A stretch of DNA of 53,276 bases. It comes from Chiloscyllium plagiosum (lineage: Eukaryota). Every line of letters begins with the position of its first letter. Positions within the stretch are counted from its first letter, which is position 1. The stretch lies in the NCBI RefSeq assembly GCF_004010195.1, contig NC_057752.1, positions 4,782,504 through 4,835,779 of the forward strand. Direction: 5' to 3'. The translations under genes were made by a program, and so were the position numbers. Below are positions 52,211 to 53,276 of this stretch, piece after piece. Below the pieces are notes generated by a model. That model was not told where the DNA came from. It made no database searches and saw nothing but the letters and a program-made list of their open reading frames with translations.

Positions 52211-52734
52211 ACAATTCAAACAAAAATGCCTGAAAAAGGAAATGTGGCAGCAGGCGCGGGCCAACTTTGGGAGGGCGCAGTTCCGTTTCCGTTTCAAGGG
52301 TATTGTTAGCGTTGTTTTGACAAATGATTGAGAGCCAAAAAGTATTTTTTGGGGAGAGGGAACTGTTTAGCCGAAAATTTCTAACACAACTCTTAATCTT
52401 TTACGTCGTTCACAATTGAATAATTAGGAACAAAAACAGTCATTTCTTGAGAAACTCAGCAGCATCTTTGTAGAGAAAACTGCTAACGTTTCGGGTCCAG
52501 TGACGGTTCTCCACCAATTTCTGTTTTTGTTTCGGATTTGCAGCACCCGCAGTTCTTTGTAGGGTTTTATTTGGCTTGGCATTAAATAGTTACGATTGTA
52601 TAAAGAACGTAACAGGAGTTGGCCATTTAGTTTATTTAGCTGCTCCCATTCAGTTAATTCATCACTGATCTAACTTCAACTCCACTCCCAACTAATTCCA
52701 GTATTCCTTGATTTTCTTAGAGTCCACGTTAATG

Positions 52735-53276
52735 TCATGTTAAAATTGTACAAGGCATTGGTTCGGCCGCATTTAGAATACTGTGTACTGTTCTGGTCGC
52801 CACATTACCAAAAGGATATAGACGCTTTGGAGAGGGTGCAGAGAAAGTTTACGAGGATGTTGCCTGGTATGGAAGGTGCTAACTATGAAGAGAGGTTGAG
52901 TAGTTTAGGATTGTTTTCATTAGAAAAAAGAAGATTGAGGGGGGACCTGATTGAGGTTTACAAAATCATGAAGGGTATAGACAGGGTAGATAGAGATAAG
53001 CTTTTTCCCAGGGTGAAGGATTCAATAACGAGAGGTGACGCTTTCAAGGTGAGAGGTGAAAAGTTTAAGGGGGATACACGCGGCAAGTACTTTACACAGA
53101 GGGTGGTAGGTGCCTGGAACGTGTTGCCACCCGAGGTAGTAGAGGCAGGCATGGTAGATTCATTTAAGATACATCTGGACAGGTGCATGAGTAGGCGGGG
53201 AGCAGAGGGATACAGATGCTTGGGAATTGGGCGACAGGTTTAGACAGTAGATTTGGATTGGCTCAGGCTTGGAGGG
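52735..53276 (+). mobile_element. CR1 LINE ORF2 C-terminus (open 168-aa frame), runs off the window
   Basis: MLKLYKALVRPHLEYCVLFWSP...RRLRGDLIEVYKIMKG...WNVLPPEVVEA. Confidence 0.93.

Noticed and set aside
52425..52560. Another hammerhead near the tubulin promoter
   Set aside because: It is a decayed member of the same terminus family (aacgtttcggg...), but the CUGANGA core is missing.

Overview
Eukaryotic (cartilaginous fish, most likely a shark) genomic DNA. The assignment rests on the elasmobranch HE1/V-SINEs, Deu-domain SINEs and shark-type CR1 LINEs. The only host gene I can support is a complete, intact 4-exon alpha-tubulin gene (TUBA1C-like, 449 aa, minus strand, CDS 51948->48995) with a CpG-rich TATA/CCAAT/GC-box promoter. 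The other ~49 kb is a dense nest of decayed retroelements (many CR1 fragments, a Rex1/Babar fragment, two Penelope-like RT/GIY-YIG elements, SINEs, solo LTRs), three minisatellites and three assembly gaps. The most interesting signal is a family of ~10 short Penelope-derived termini carrying minimal hammerhead-ribozyme cores with compensatory stem changes, often as inverted pairs with target-site duplications. One very young 305-bp insertion (13071-13375) has a perfect 80-bp inverted repeat enclosing an exact 96-bp copy of neighbouring genomic DNA. Repeat boundaries were read by eye and are approximate unless a TSD or splice site is given.
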